63,948 nt of DNA, filler included, from Raillietiella orientalis (GCA_036172245.1; 3 parts of 3 records of this genome joined end to end with filler, not necessarily neighbours in it), one strand, 5' to 3'. Positions 11,053-24,767 are shown, counted from the first letter of the whole stretch. A program made the numbers and translations. The notes: a model not told the origin generated them from the sequence alone.

Positions 11053-13700
11053 CACGAAGATTTACTCGACTACGCTTGAACTAGATTATGAAAAACCCAC
11101 GCAACTTGCTGTTGGCCCCTTCTACCTTTCCTCCTACCTTGCTGCTCTTCCTCACGAACACTAGGGACTGAAACATTCGGGAACTGTTGGAGGTGTCCTG
11201 TTTCGTTGAAGGCACAAGGAAACTCTTAGAAGCGTGCACGATACAAGAGTTATTCGACGTTTCGTCTTCGAGCCCAAGTCTAAAACACTTCTGCATCGAA
11301 GCGAACTGCTCGGACCATGATCTTTTTGAGGACTGTGTCAAGATGATCTCGCGAAAATAATTTAAAAGGAGCGCATGTCAGATGCCGAAGACGAATCTAA
11401 ACGAACAGTGATTTACTTCCTGCCTTCCCTTCCTACAATAAATGTTTCTTCTTTTTCAATTCTTTCCCTTTATTTGTGTATTTCTTTTTCCTTTTCTCTT
11501 GTCCTTCAAGATCAGCGTTGTGTAGAAGAAGTTTATTGATGGATACTTCGACATATCCGGTTGTTAGACATCGTTTGGGGTTGAGCATTTCCAGCTCTTC
11601 TCGTAGGGCGGGCACTCTGTCCTGCACTACCAGATTTGGCGCTCAGCGCTTGCCTTTCACTCTGCAAGATGCTCGACGTCAACGATTCTGGAAACGGTCA
11701 CCGTCTGCAGAAATTCTCAATTGTTAGCTACGACTTCCCCGGATCCGCGTGGAAGGCGATGCAAAGAGAACCGGCTGCAGAGCTCTCCGACAAGTCTTTT
11801 GAAATGGTCACTGTGCGAATGTTTTTTGATTTCGAAGTCGCAAAGACGCTGACAAAGATGTTCAGCAGCTTCCCAATAGCTATGCAATTCCCTTTATAAG
11901 CTCCTGTTGTTTTACGGAAGCCTCTTGCTTATCGTGAGAAGCTCGAATCTATGCTGGTCCGACAACTCAGGTCGTATTTTTCCTGTCCTCTTTACGCGGG
12001 AATACAGGTTATAATCGAAGACCAAATGAACCAGCGATCTTTCCTTCCTAGGTTTCTGTCCTTGAAGTTGGTTGCATGCACATACGCGCACATCTAGATG
12101 GCTAGCGAGCACACCCTTGAGCACATGTAGTCGTCCGAAAGCAGGCAGACTTTGAAGTCCCTCGCGAATATGCGAACCAATAATGGGCTGAAGATCTTCA
12201 GCCAGTGGCACTGCACTTTGCAAAAGAATACTATCATTTTGGCGAGACAGCTCACGCCACTCGGCTCGTAGACGTTCGTAGCGAAAAGATCGATTGACTC
12301 GCACCATTTGACGACAGCTTGGTAAAATAGACTGGTCTTGTCGTAACGAACGCCATGCATTGATTTCTCCAATTTGCCTGTTGCGAGGAACGTCACTGCA
12401 TTTGTCCGTCCGACACCGCACCACAAAGGTGGCTTTCCCTCATGGCGTTGCTCTATTTCGGCAGGGTTTAATATTGGTAGGGTTTCTTTTTTGTAAAGTC
12501 GCCAGTTTATGGTGCTCATTTATGACTTCCAAAAGCTCATGGGAGTCTATTTCTTATGATTCTATGATTCTTGCTGGAGTTAAATCAAAATTAGGAGGGT
12601 ATGGAACGGTGAAGTATAATTATGGAAGAGAAGAAGCACGAGCTCCAAGGAGTGAACGACGTTTCCCACTAGTCTCCTCTTTTCGGCGTCTTGAATTTTG
12701 GTCACGTTCGCGCAAGCAACATACTGATGCCTATAAGACGCATTTCCTCTTAAAAGTTCCGAGGAGATGTCAGCTGTTTGCTAGTTTTATCCGTCAGAAG
12801 GACAGGGAGCACACCACTGGTTGGACGCCAATTTCGCCCACGGCTGCCCTCGCTCTGCATGCAGCCGTGTAGAAACTCTGCAGTGCTTCCCTGAATCTTC
12901 TTCTTCTCTTCCTCAGAAGCTAAGCACGTGCACCCTATTCACCTGCTTCCGTTTTCAAGGTCTTGTCCTGGTTCTTTATCCTGAGAGACTCTGGCAATTC
13001 TGCCGAACGCGCAGACTTGTGGTAGGGGAAAAACCAATCGATGATCCCTCAAAAGCAACTTCATGAAAGTCAGGAAAGACTGCCTCTTTGCCTTCAGAGA
13101 AAAACTGGCCGTGTTTGCTAGCTCCACGGCAGTCCTGACTTTGGGTACGTGATCACAGCGTCTCTTTTGGTGACGGTTGTTTCCCGGATGCGCGCGATTT
13201 CTATAGCGAATCGCCTTATCGCGTGAGGAACCTTCCCACGAGTCCTCACCGCGCAACGCTTTTCCGGGAATCACGGAATGTAGTTTTCGAGCGCGTCTTG
13301 TAAGCTTTTAATTTCTGCTCTTTTCTACAACCGTGCGTTTTACTTTACCATCGTCGGAGGCGATCGCGTATCACTACCCGACAACTTCCGAAGTTTCCTC
13401 CACGGCCGACAAAGGCCCTGCCTTCGCAGCAGCTTTGAACGGCTTCTTCTTGGTCTCGTCGGCAACTGTTAATGCTCGTCCTCTCACTGTGTAGGTGTGA
13501 AACGGTTCTCAACTGCGTGCCTGCGCGCGGTAACTGTTTTGGAGTTCCGACTTTCCAAGGTAGATTTTTCCTGCCTCCGTCGAGACATAAACGGTAACCA
13601 GTACCTGCGGTGGATCGTTTTCAACCCACAAAAGCTTTTGTGGACTTCATTCACCCTCCTTGCACCGTGCTATCCTCCCTCAAAGAAGCAAGGGACATAA
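11053..13700 (-). mobile_element. Highly degenerate LINE: probable ORF1 tail, APE endonuclease and linker
   Basis: GRTNAVTFL...GVRYDKTSLFYQAVVKWCESIDLFATNVYEPSG aligns with the EN at 62873-63292. ELSDQH resembles LSDH. DHFKRLVGELCSRFSLHRLPRGSG resembles DLFKASVREFCEEFLLHRLPPGFG. Confidence 0.65.
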
Positions 13701-13879
13701 AAAAGGAGGCATCCTGAGAAGTGTCCTACCTCATCGGATGCAGGAAAGAAATCATTAAGGCGTGGATAACCCGGGAACCAGCGAAAGCTGCAACATCGAG
13801 TGTCCCACCAAATGGAATTGGCGCTGGGACGAGCTGCTCGGTATTCCCACTGAGAAGGTGAATTGTCCTTCAACGTCTC

Positions 13880-14602
13880 GTGACTACGGCACCCTCTCCC
13901 TGCAGTGGTAGGAGACGGTGTAGCTTCTGCTCCATTGGGGACTTTGTGAGCAGAGAAACTCCTTTCTCATGGTCCTCCGGGAGTATGGATTATAATTGTA
14001 CATTGTACCAGGAATGGGAGACCTTTCCCTACTTAGTCATTAAGTGTTTTTCCCTGCGCCAGATGTAAAATCGACTCTTATCGACCCTAAACATTCCGAT
14101 TAGAAATCCGAAAAACATTTTCATACGCCTCCTGTTGCAAGAAGCCATGCCAGCCCCCGCATGTGTAGCGGTGCTCTGTTGCATACTTGTTATTTTGGAC
14201 AAGTGGACTGCAACCAGGAGAGAACGAAGAAGTCGGAATTCTATCCACTGTGCAACCATCTCTTTAACATTTGCCGCCACTTGTTCTCATCTAAACCCGG
14301 ATGCAGAGGCTCTCCACGGCATACCGTGATCCCTTTCCTTCTCTTCCCACCCTATAGACATTGTCCCCCAAGCATTTTTACTTTTCTCGGTTTCTTTGTT
14401 TTGTTTTGTTTTCTCTTTTCCCCGTCCCATTTGTCAGTGGAGAGGACCTCATCGGCATACATTTCGGAAATGACAAGTGCTTAAGACAATAAGAACAGTG
14501 TGTTCTGAATGGAAAACAAGTACAGACGACAGAACTTGATTATAAAATACTTAATTGTAAAAATTTTTAATAAGAAAAGCTTCGGCTTACCCGGGTAAAA
14601 AT
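13880..14602 (+). mobile_element. Degenerate LINE 3' end (zf-RVT, 3' UTR, hairpin remnant)
   Basis: CVAVLCCILVILDKWTATRRERR; ETFPYLVIKC resembles ETFPHLLIEC; TTCGGCTTACCCGGGTAAAA at 14581-14600. Confidence 0.75.
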
Positions 14603-14609
14603 CCAAGGT

Positions 14610-15430
14610 GGATAGGATCTCTCGTTATTTAGCTTTTTTTTTCGGCCACTCAAGCGTGTAAGAGTGGAACAGGCGCGCTTTGCGTCATCGTTATTGCTAT
14701 TCTTTACATATTTTGTCACCGCCAATCACTCGGCCTTCATGAAGCGCGATGGCGCAAGTGTGGTTACCCGACCTCTGGCAAGAGCGCTTGCCATAGCCGC
14801 GAGTTTTCCGAGATTCATTTTTTGGGGGCTCTCCTGCCCCGAGAGGGGCTCTGGACGCTTGACGAGCGAGGTCTTTTGCTGTTTGTCAGCATTTGATTCC
14901 ATTTTTGCTGCCTTCTACCGCGCCTTTTGTTTTTCTTCTGCGGAGTTTTTTTTTACCGCGACCTTTTTCGCACGGCAAAGCGTTGAATCTGCCTTCTTGC
15001 TTGTAATTTCCATACAATTTCTTACGTTGTTTCCGGATAACCTATTGTATCGGAATTGACATAAAGGGCAATTTTTGGATTGGTGCCCCCGATCTCCACA
15101 TTTTTGGTATTATGGAGTCTTAAATGCTCACCACAGATGAACGAAAGTGTTTTTCACCTATGGCTTTGTAGGCAGAAGACGACACTCGGGCGTGATGAGC
15201 CACGCCGCATTGGTTCCGCTGTGAATGGACAGGATGTCCTTTAAGGCGCTCCGAACCATCCATAGTGCCTGGACCTTGGCAAATCTCGCCAAAGCGTTCT
15301 ATATTTCGCGATCGAAAACCTCGAACTGCGAATACTCGAATTTGAATAAATAATAACTACAATTGTTATACGATGGATACAAGTCAACAGGAAAGCATTA
15401 TAAATCACTTCGCAGAATACCGAATGGTCA
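14610..15430 (-). mobile_element. Probable degenerate ORF1/gag-like remnant
   Basis: Zinc-knuckle remnant YQKCGDRGHQSKNCP (~15063-15110) followed by a Lys/Arg-rich tail. Confidence 0.4.
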
Positions 15431-16045
15431 TGAAATGTTGTGAACACAACGCTGAAAACTATTAGTTTCTCATGCTATTTGGAATTTTCAAGGGTTCAGT
15501 TGACACATTGAGCATGTTGTGGTGATTTGTCAGTACATCATCTGAAGTTCTCATCGCCATACTAGGAATTATGAGTTCTGCGACTCTTATGTAGCCGCAG
15601 TTCGTATACTCTTAAAAGACAAAACCGGAAGCTACAAGGACTTTATTCTACGCAGCAACTCAATTGCTACGTCGTTTAATTAGTTTCTCCCTTCAACTTC
15701 ACCGTCACAACTTTTCCTGCAGGCCAACTGCATCTTAGACTGCCAGGTACTGGCTGAAGGTTACGGCCTCTATTCAATCTGGAAAATTTCTCAGGTTTCT
15801 TTTGGGAATCCAATAATCTTCAGCGAAATCCAAAAATACATCCAATAAAGATAGCTCACATGCAATTCTATGAGGAACTGTTACGATAGAATTTAGAAAC
15901 AGTGTAAGAAAAGAAGCCGATACACGCCCAAATAACCACAACCCCATTCAAGAGAAATTATGGGTGATCTGAGAAGGAACTTGTTCAGAAATCGAGTGCT
16001 TTCTTACGGAGAGAAATGCTTTCTTTGCTCACACATACCACAACT

Positions 16046-16548
16046 TCAACATGTGCAAGTACAATATTTGTTACGCAATGTCACACACCATGCGTCATAA
16101 TGAATGGAAACATGAAATATAAACTCATAGCCCAAAATGCTACAAGCAAAGCATTTGGAGAACCAAGCTAGAATGTACAAGAATACGTACGTTACAATTC
16201 TGTGTGGGTAGTTCACAGTGCAAGAATCTTCTGGACCATCAAACAAAAAATTAATATACTCCATTTGATAAGGTCCTTCCACCTAGAGGCATTATAATAA
16301 CCAGTGGCTAAGTGCACTTCACTTACCTCGATGTCCAGCAGACAACTATCCGCAGGACCAACAGAAAATTCATTAGTATATATCATTTCACACTTTGTAG
16401 CAGTGTTGTCGAAAAGTAGAACGCAAGGCCCTTCCAAACGCGTAAAGAATAGTAGATCCACTATGAGTCTATCGTTATTCAAAGTAACGTTTTTATTGAC
16501 ACAAGCGCAGTCGGTTGGGGTGCTGCAGAACATACTAACAGTGGTCAT
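16046..16548 (-). CDS. Exons of a short-intron host gene or pseudogene, unknown Cys-containing protein (full extent unresolved, perhaps ~15.5-17.0 kb)
   Basis: A 44-nt intron GAG|GTAAGT...CTAG|GTG (16283-16326) joins ORFs 16213..16548 and 16046..16282 in frame (..LDIE|VEGPYQM..). The joined protein has an internal repeat, EMIYTNEFSVGPADSC / QMEYINFLFDGPEDSC. More GT..AG intron-like segments lie nearby. Confidence 0.5.
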
Positions 16549-19079
16549 CTACACAAAATTAAATTCGGTGACATTTTAAAATACTTAAAAACTTTGGAGC
16601 AGAAAGGAGAACACCAACATGCACAATTAGAGCATTAAATTTTTTTCATAGGAAAAATCTAACTTCAAATGCAACAAATACCCAGGAAAGCATGCAGAAA
16701 GCGAGAATAATTTACCCTGAAGAAAACAAGAAGAAATAGTTTCTCAGAGACTCAAGTTCAGTCGCCATACTACCCAAGAGCAATTACTTCAGGAAAAAAT
16801 AAAACAGTTGTAGACACCACTTCTTCAGCTACGGCAGAAGAACTAGAAAACACAAAATGAAAACCATGCCAAAGAGAGTAACAATGCCCATCTCCTGCTT
16901 CAGCAATCATCCTTACAACGAAAAACCAGATTCCCCAATGCATCCTGCCTCCGATAGGTCCAAACAGAATGAGTCCGAATAACCAATGCCGCACTCTAAC
17001 GCAATGCACTAATAACGCATCTGAAGGAATAAGCAATTACGCAGACTGCAGACCTATAAAAACCGTGGTCAACACTTGCAACGAAATGACTCAAACTTGT
17101 GCAGAACACACAGCTTTCGAAAACATCCCACTCCAGTACACGTGATGCAAAGATCCAGGATACCCAGCTGAAGGGGCGTTTGCTGCCAGACGGAGATGCA
17201 AAGCGAGTACAGAATCAAGACGACAAGGTGCGTGCGGCTCGTCGAGAGAAAGCTGTGATAGCAATTTACCAATTCATCAAGCCACACGGCGAAGAACTTT
17301 ATGTTCCTACTCCAAACGTCTTGGCCGCTGAGTTCTTGCAACGGTTCCCATTCACCAGACCTGCAAAGAGAGATCCGGATACTCGCTGAATGATATGCAT
17401 GTCGAGACAGAAAGATATGGCAGCCTGACAAATCGTCCACAGCAAGAGGTGATGTTGAAAAGACAATGGGAAGCTATCGGAATTCGTATCAGTCTCTCTG
17501 TTTGAATCAGTTGCAACTCGCTGCAAAATACTGTACAGTACGGTGCAAATGCAACAAGATGTCCTTCAGCTAAAACATCACGACAGATCCATCCAACACT
17601 CCTGACACTCATCTCTTTTACGTGCATCGTTCCGTGTTTCCAACGCAACTCACCCCACTATCCAGCAGATCGGCTACGATAATGCTCACTTTCTCGCAAA
17701 AAAGGTAACGAGCGTACCGCTCTTAGCTCATAGAATCCTAGAAGTTGTTCCCACTGCCAGCATCGGCTGCGTGTACGCCATCGCCATATACATTTCCCGC
17801 GAGAAGAACGATATATTTAGACGATAGTGTAAGAACGATAGATTATTCAAAATACCGTTTAGATAGCCTGCCGGCTAGCCAAGGATACTTTGAGGAATTT
17901 TTTTGCAGGTGAGGCAGTCTCGAGCAGAGTGGTTCTCCTCCAGAGATATTCATTGAAACATCAGCAGGAACATTAGCCATGAACCCGGCGCGCGTTTCAC
18001 TCGCCTCCACTTCCTGTATAGTTTGCGAAACGGAAGAGCGATGTACTGCGCAGACTGAAGAGCATCGTCCAAGAAGGTGTGACGCGGTTGCATCCAGTTC
18101 AGAGTTCAGCCGTTACAGTTCCGGTCCTTACTGCGTCATCTGACTTTCTAAATTCAAAGATTTGTAAATCAAACGAATATCCAGAAGAGCCCAATTCCAG
18201 CAAGCAGACTGGAAAAAAACCCAATGCACGACATGAGCGAGCGTCAGCACAAAGAGTTCAGGTGCAAAATGAGGTGCAAGAAGCAAACGAAAGGGAAAAG
18301 CAAAATAATTTTCACGATAACGGATGGGTTCATCGTACGAGAATGAACAGAGGAAGGCAAATTGTTCCTCAACACGGAAATAAGCAAGAAGCTCACAGCT
18401 ACGATGCAGACCACTGTAACGTAGAGCCGAAAGTGCCTGATGATGCTACCGCATCTACTTCAAACCATCGCTGCAGCCAAAAACAAAAAATGGCAACACT
18501 CATCGAAGAGAACGGATCCGAATCCAAGTGCCTTTTCCGGATGCGCTATTAACTTTTCGAAAGCTGAACTCTTCTGTGTGGACGGAAGCCGCTAATAGCA
18601 TAGGAAGGCAGTTCCTACTTGGAAACGGAAAATAAAGACCCAAGTGAAAAGGAATTGATTGCAAAAGACATTTATGCTGCACAGAGACAGACTCTTCAGC
18701 TTCGTCCATGACGATTCAAGAGAGAAGATCTTGAATTTCGGCAACGCGTGTTCATAAAAGGCTGATCTCGCAAAACCGCAGTGCGATGGCTCCTTAGTGA
18801 TACGCTGCAATAAAACTCCAGACGCTATAAATACACGTTTTTTGGAGTAAAATCCATGGGTTGGTTGCTCGAAGGAGCAGAAGCTTGAAGATTTTATTAT
18901 CGCCGTTCTTTGTAAAGTAATATTTCAATGTCGATAGATGCCTTAGAGTCTAGTCGGATGAAGTAGAAATTTCTGGGAATCTAACTCGGATAAGATTGAC
19001 AATTTTCATCAAGCGTAACAAGTCAATGCAGTACGGAGGTGCTGATCCATGCGGTTCTGCTCACTGGTGGACAAAATGT

Positions 19080-19920
19080 GCACAAAGCAGAAAACGCATT
19101 TTGGTGGAATGTCAACCCTCTCCATCGTGATATTCCCTGTGCGAAGCAATCGAAGGCAATATGAACTTTTACTAGGGAATTCTTATGCTTAAATTCCATG
19201 GAATATTCTGCGAGATCAATTCACCTTACGCAAAGGGAAGCATGCTGGTTACAAGAGCATCTCTAATCAAATTGCAATCTGCGCTCTAAAAGCCATTTAG
19301 CAATCCCTCGGGGGACTGAGCCACTGACGCATCACAGATGCACTTTTCTCCAGCTGAGGTTCACCAGGTGAGGTTGCAACGATGAGAAAAGCAGCCAATG
19401 CTAAAGTCACGAAAGCGTTTTTTCGTTGCCTTTTCCGGTTTCACGGCACCTGCCAAAAATTGAAGGTTGTCTGGAATTAATTGAGTGCCTCCTTCAAGTT
19501 CAAATACAGAGATGCGAAAATGTTTGTGGACTGGAGCACACGGATATTTACACATCTTGCACCACAATACGTAATTTTCATTCGATAAGTGGATTTTGGG
19601 ATTTCAAAGTTGATTTTCTTCATGTTTTCTTGTGTACCAGCAGTGTGCAAGAAAGTCGACTTTTCAGAATGGAACAATGATGCATTCTTATCTTATTGTT
19701 CACTTTTTAAAGATCAACCGCGGCCGTTTCTAAAATCAAGAAATTGGGATGAAATGTTGCTTCACATCATAATTAACTGCACCAGGCCAAATTGCCTGTT
19801 CGCCAGGCGTTTCCTTGCGATCCTGAGAGGGATAAAAATGCTGCGGCGGATATAGCCATATGAATGAAGCAGAGGACTCTGTGGGTAGAATCGTGTTTGC
19901 CACGAGATCTGTCACTGAGA
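19080..19920 (-). repeat. Arm 1 of a diverged ~0.8-kb inverted duplication; decayed hAT-like transposase segment
   Basis: Reverse complement of ~21850-22680 (e.g. TTTCACGGCACCTGCCAAAAATTGA, GCCATTTAGCAATCC). Translation IPDN...GCFSHRCNL resembles the hAT DN...CxxHxxNL signature. Confidence 0.7.
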
Positions 19921-21849
19921 AAGGGAATAGGTATGACTGTGTCAGAATTCTGCTGCAGGTTCGAAGTTAGAATGCAAACATTTAGTTCATTCAAGAGACA
20001 CCAAATGAAAAAAAATCAACAAGTGGTCCTCTAAATAACCACGAAGGAGAAGCACTGCAAATTGCATGTCTTTATTGTAGGTCCATCACAAGCCTGGGAT
20101 CGTAAAAATGTGGGCGTAATGTATGACGTGGAAGTCGTAGGATATTTTTGGATGTGCTGACGCTCTTTATGGTGAACACGTGCATCCAAAAACACTGAAG
20201 ACATTTGATGTAGCAGTTGCTACAGGGAGTACACCGAAAGGAAATGAAGGAGATTCGCAGTCGGAAAAAATCTGCGTACTGCGCCGGTGGGAATTAAGCA
20301 TCAGAGTGCCCAATGCTGCAAGCGCACCACAATCAGCGACGACGAGTGCCGCCTTTTTTCGAACGAGGAGACCCAGAAGAATAATGGAAGCCCTTACTCT
20401 GATCTCTTACTGAATTGTAATTCCAAATAAACAAACCAAGTTTATTTTGAATCGATGGGAAGAAAGAAGGATTACCTTTGTTTGAGTTCTGTAAGGAAAT
20501 GAGATGATGAAGGAAACTGGAAAATCGACTGCAGGGGGAAAGAGTAGGGAGTGTGGATCCCTTGAAAACTGATGGGTTGCGATCGTGGAATACAGAGAGC
20601 ATACAGCTGATTGCGGGCTGGCATTTCTTCAGAGATTCTCTTTCTGGTAGAAAGATGTGGAAGCTCAGACTGTTGAAAGGCTGTTGGATTTTTTGTAGAA
20701 AGTGGAAAGGGACGGTATATGGAAGAAAGGTTCCAGTATGCAAGTGCGAATATTTGTTATTGAGAATAGATGTTCGATTGATTTCACGGACTGAGTGGTG
20801 AGATACATTGGTGGTATCTTGAATGTGCTTTTTTGCGAAAGCCATTTAGTTATATGGGAGTGCAAGTAGTTCTTTCTTCAAGTTCTTAAATTGTCATTGC
20901 AATAGATGAATTTATAACGGTCATATGCTAGAGATGATAATTTCTCGATTTCGAGGGGTGTGAACGCACCCCTCGAAATAGTTGGCGACACGCACCGAAA
21001 ATAAGAAGACAAACAGAATTGCTTCCTGCTGCTCTCCGTAGCAAGAAGCTGAGTTCGAATCACTTTCCACGGAAACAAGTGGACGTCTATGACACTCGAA
21101 CGATGCTAACCTTGGCCTCAAAGAAACGTGAAAGAAATTTCAGGAGACCTTTGGCTTGTGTATCAACAAGCCTGCAGCGTGTCGTGATTAGCAAATGAGG
21201 AACATCTCTTTCTTATACCACAAGAGCAGCAACACAAGAAAAAGTAAGCACAAGGACTGAAAAACTCGAAAAAATTGGAGTACCGCGAGGGTTGCTTTGC
21301 TTGGATGAATGGCAACACTGAATACATGGAACATTCGACGCCGTGCTTGCAGAATTCGCTACATGGAAACTGTAAAATGATGTGACGAACCGAAAGCAGC
21401 TCCCCTGCCGCGTAGCTGAAGATTTAAGTGAGCTGATGTTGTGGACTGCCAAACGTCGAACGTTTGGTAAGTACGGCGAGTTGTCCGAATGGATTCTGTT
21501 CTGCATTCCCTCTTTCAAACAGGCCAGGGTACAACACTTTCATTTCAGAATAAATTTCAGGTTCTTCGTGCTAACTGTAAAAAAAAAAGCAAAAGCCATT
21601 TCATCACCAGATACACACACGCAAAAGAAGAAACGGAAAGATCAAACAAAGATCCTTTACCATTCAGTTGAGAAAGGCAGCAAAGTTTGCGAACGTTTGC
21701 GGGAACACCGTTGTGTGAAAACAAAGCTTGGCAGAGATCTGAACCTTTTGCATCAAATGGAGACAAGAAATAAGTTTTAATCTAAACATTGCAAAAAAAG
21801 GTTATTATAGCACGTTTGGTGTCATATTCGAATGGTTCCAGGGAAACTC

Positions 21850-22680
21850 TTGTGCAGATCTAGTGAGCAATGCTGAGATTGGAACAACAGGAATTTGCCG
21901 AGCAATTGGTTTCTCCTGCTGAAATCACTGCGTCATCTAGACATTTCGTAAGAAAAACATTCTGCACATCGTATAGTGGCGGCGTTTGATCTTCGAAAAG
22001 CAAACCGTTGGATAGCAATGCATCTTCATGCCCTCATGAAAAGTAGAAATCCCTGCTGGCTCCTGGTACATAGAAAAAAATGAAAGAAAATCAACTTCGA
22101 AACAAGTTCGAAACAGCACAAGCGTCATCCACGGATGAAAATGATCCACCGTCATCCACCGTCATCGGATGAAAATCAACTGGTGGCGTGGTACAAAATG
22201 AGGAAACTTCTGTAAGTTTCAGCCCACACGCCTATTCACATTTGTTCGTTTGAACTTGAAGGGGACGCACGAAATCCCAAACAAACGTCAATTTTTGGCA
22301 GGTGCCGTGAAACCTGAAGTGGCAATGGAACAACGCTTTCGTGATTTGCAGGGTGGCTGCTTTTCTCATCGTTACCACCACACTTCGTAAATAGCAGCTG
22401 GAGGGGAGTGAACCTGTCATGAGTCAGTTGCTCAGTCCCCCGAAGGATTGCTAAATGGCTTTTAGCACGCAGATTGCAATTTGGTTAGAGATGCTCTTGT
22501 AAGCAGCATGCTTCCCATCGCGTAAGGTCAATTGATCTCGCAGAATACTCCATAGACTTAGAGCTTAAGAACGCCCTACTAAAAGGTCAAATTGTTTTTG
22601 ATTGCTTCGCACAGGAAATATCTTCATCATGATGGAGGGTGGAAGCTTTTCGCCGAAATGCGTATTCTCACTTGCACTGG
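21850..22680 (+). repeat. Arm 2 of the inverted duplication; decayed hAT-like segment
   Basis: IPNKRQFLAGAVKPEVAMEQRFRDLQGGCFSHRYH versus IPDNLQFLAGAVKPEKATKKRFRDFSIGCFSHRCNL in arm 1. Confidence 0.7.
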
Positions 22681-24767
22681 TCAGAGTCCTCGTTCTGGAA
22701 GGAAACTAAGTGATAAGAGAAGAAGATTCAATAAGAAAAACAAAAGGTCTTCTTCTGCCTACGGATTTCAGTTCTGATGACTGAGCGTGCTACTGATCAT
22801 GTCGCATCTAGAAAGCATTAGCCAGAGAAACCGAGTGGTTCCTCTGGAGAATCCGCTTAAGATGGAAGCAAACAGGAAAAACTGGAAGGAAACGACGAAT
22901 AAAACTCAAGAATATAGTTTGGAATCTTTCAGGAGGAGCTGGAGCCCACGTATCACAGAGTATTCCGTTAACATCTTCTCAAGGATGTCTGCGATCTCTT
23001 GGTTACGTGAGATTAAAAGTTATGCGGATACTGTTCCACAACAAAAAAAGAAATCGCATGGGCTACCTCTGACCCTGTCCACAAGATTCTCTGCAGCAGA
23101 CGAATAAGGGAGAGACGAAATTGCCGAGAGCGAAGATGCTCCTGAATCATTCCTTCCAACGATTTAGTGGTAAATGGAAGAACGCTATCTGCCGCTTTCC
23201 CCCCACAACAGAGGTCAACGCTTAGGTGTAAAAAAGTATTCGCTCTTGCTTTTACGGACAAAACGCGTGGAAAACCTGTGGAAGAGCTGACTGCTTTTCT
23301 TCGATGAGAGCGATCTCTGAGTCGCATGGGATCCTTCCCGATTTGTTATTCCTATGCTTTGTTCCCTTCTAAAGAATGCGCCGAATGCACCGCGCATGTG
23401 TCGCTCGCAAGCAGCTATTCCTCATCCACTGCATACAATTCCATGCCCAAAACTCACGTCTGACTTCATTCCCGGGAGAGCCCCCTCAACGTGAGCAGGG
23501 AATGCCTCGCACGGGTGTTTTTCCTGCTGCTTATCGAATGAAAAGAAGCAAACACCGAGAAAGGCAGAGTAATCGTTTCCCCTTATCAGTCAGCCATATC
23601 TTTCCTTTTTAATATGCATAGCATTCTTAGAGCATCCTGTGATCTCTTCTTGAGCGTAATGTGTGTGGAAATCGTTAAAGGAAGTCGGTGGTTAAGTCGT
23701 TTGTAGTAATTGCGAAAAGTTCTTCGCAGTGTGGTCGCTTGGAATGGTTAATTGCAATTTCTGCTTTCTTTAGACGCGCTGCACGCAGCTTGTTTGGTCT
23801 TGCTTCTGCACCCTCTCTGATTCTCCATCTGGAAGCAAACTCCCCTACAGTGGGAAACCTGCATCTTTGCATCACGTGTACTGGGGGGTGATGATTTCGT
23901 GAGCTGTTGGTGTTGGACAAGTTTTGTTCTTGTCGCTACAGGTGTTGACCGCGGTTCTTATTGGTTTGCGGTCTGCAGAGTTTCTTATTTCTGAAGAAGA
24001 TTTGGTGAAGTTCTGTAGGACGCGGAATTCGTTATAAGGTCTCATCCCGTGTGCAGTTATGGAAGTCAGGATGCTGTGGCGAATCTTCTTCTCCTACGTA
24101 AGGGAATCCATCTGCATATCAGCGTTTCTCCTCTTGAATTCTGTTTTTTTCTGTTAAGAACTTTCTTATCTGGCGTACTTTTTAGATTCATGTTCTGGGA
24201 ACCTTTTTTTTTTTTTTTGGGCTTGCAATTTCTCTTTTGAACGTGTTTGTATTGTCCAGAGGATCTTCGTCATTCCACTGTGCCTGCACTGTCTGTCTTT
24301 TTGTGTTTCCTTGGAGATTGGGATTTGTTGGCGCGTGTTTCGATTGTGCCTTCATGCAGTTTACTTCGTATGTACTCTTTTGCTGCTCAACGTACGGTTC
24401 TGCTTAAGTGGCTCTATGAATTTTGTTGGATGTCCTATAGAATGGTTTGCTTTTTGTTGATATTTCTAGTCGATTGATTTCTCCAAAGTAGTACTGACAT
24501 TTTCACTTCACCCACTGAGCGGTCTTTTATTTGTTCAATTTTGTGTTCTCCGCGATGTTCGATGCGTTTTCCCATCTCATTGCAGTATGCAAGCAGTTCA
24601 ATGTATTTGGAACGAACGACTGTGCCAAATGGTTGTCGTTGTTCTCTTTGGAGAAATACGCTCGTTCTTTTGATTGTGTTATTTTCAAGAGCACTTGCCT
24701 TAGCGTGAAGGAGCATGCCAGTTGTAATGTGATGATTTCTTTGCTCTTTTCCTTTCCTTGATACCCT

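Noticed and set aside
17069..18810. Short ORFs and a hydrophobic minus-strand stretch as a gene
   Set aside because: Interrupted by stops, with no recognisable domain and no convincing splice model.
20553..20801. MULE transposase remnant (TDG...GWHFF)
   Set aside because: The motif spacing is short, the Cys is missing and there is no other support.
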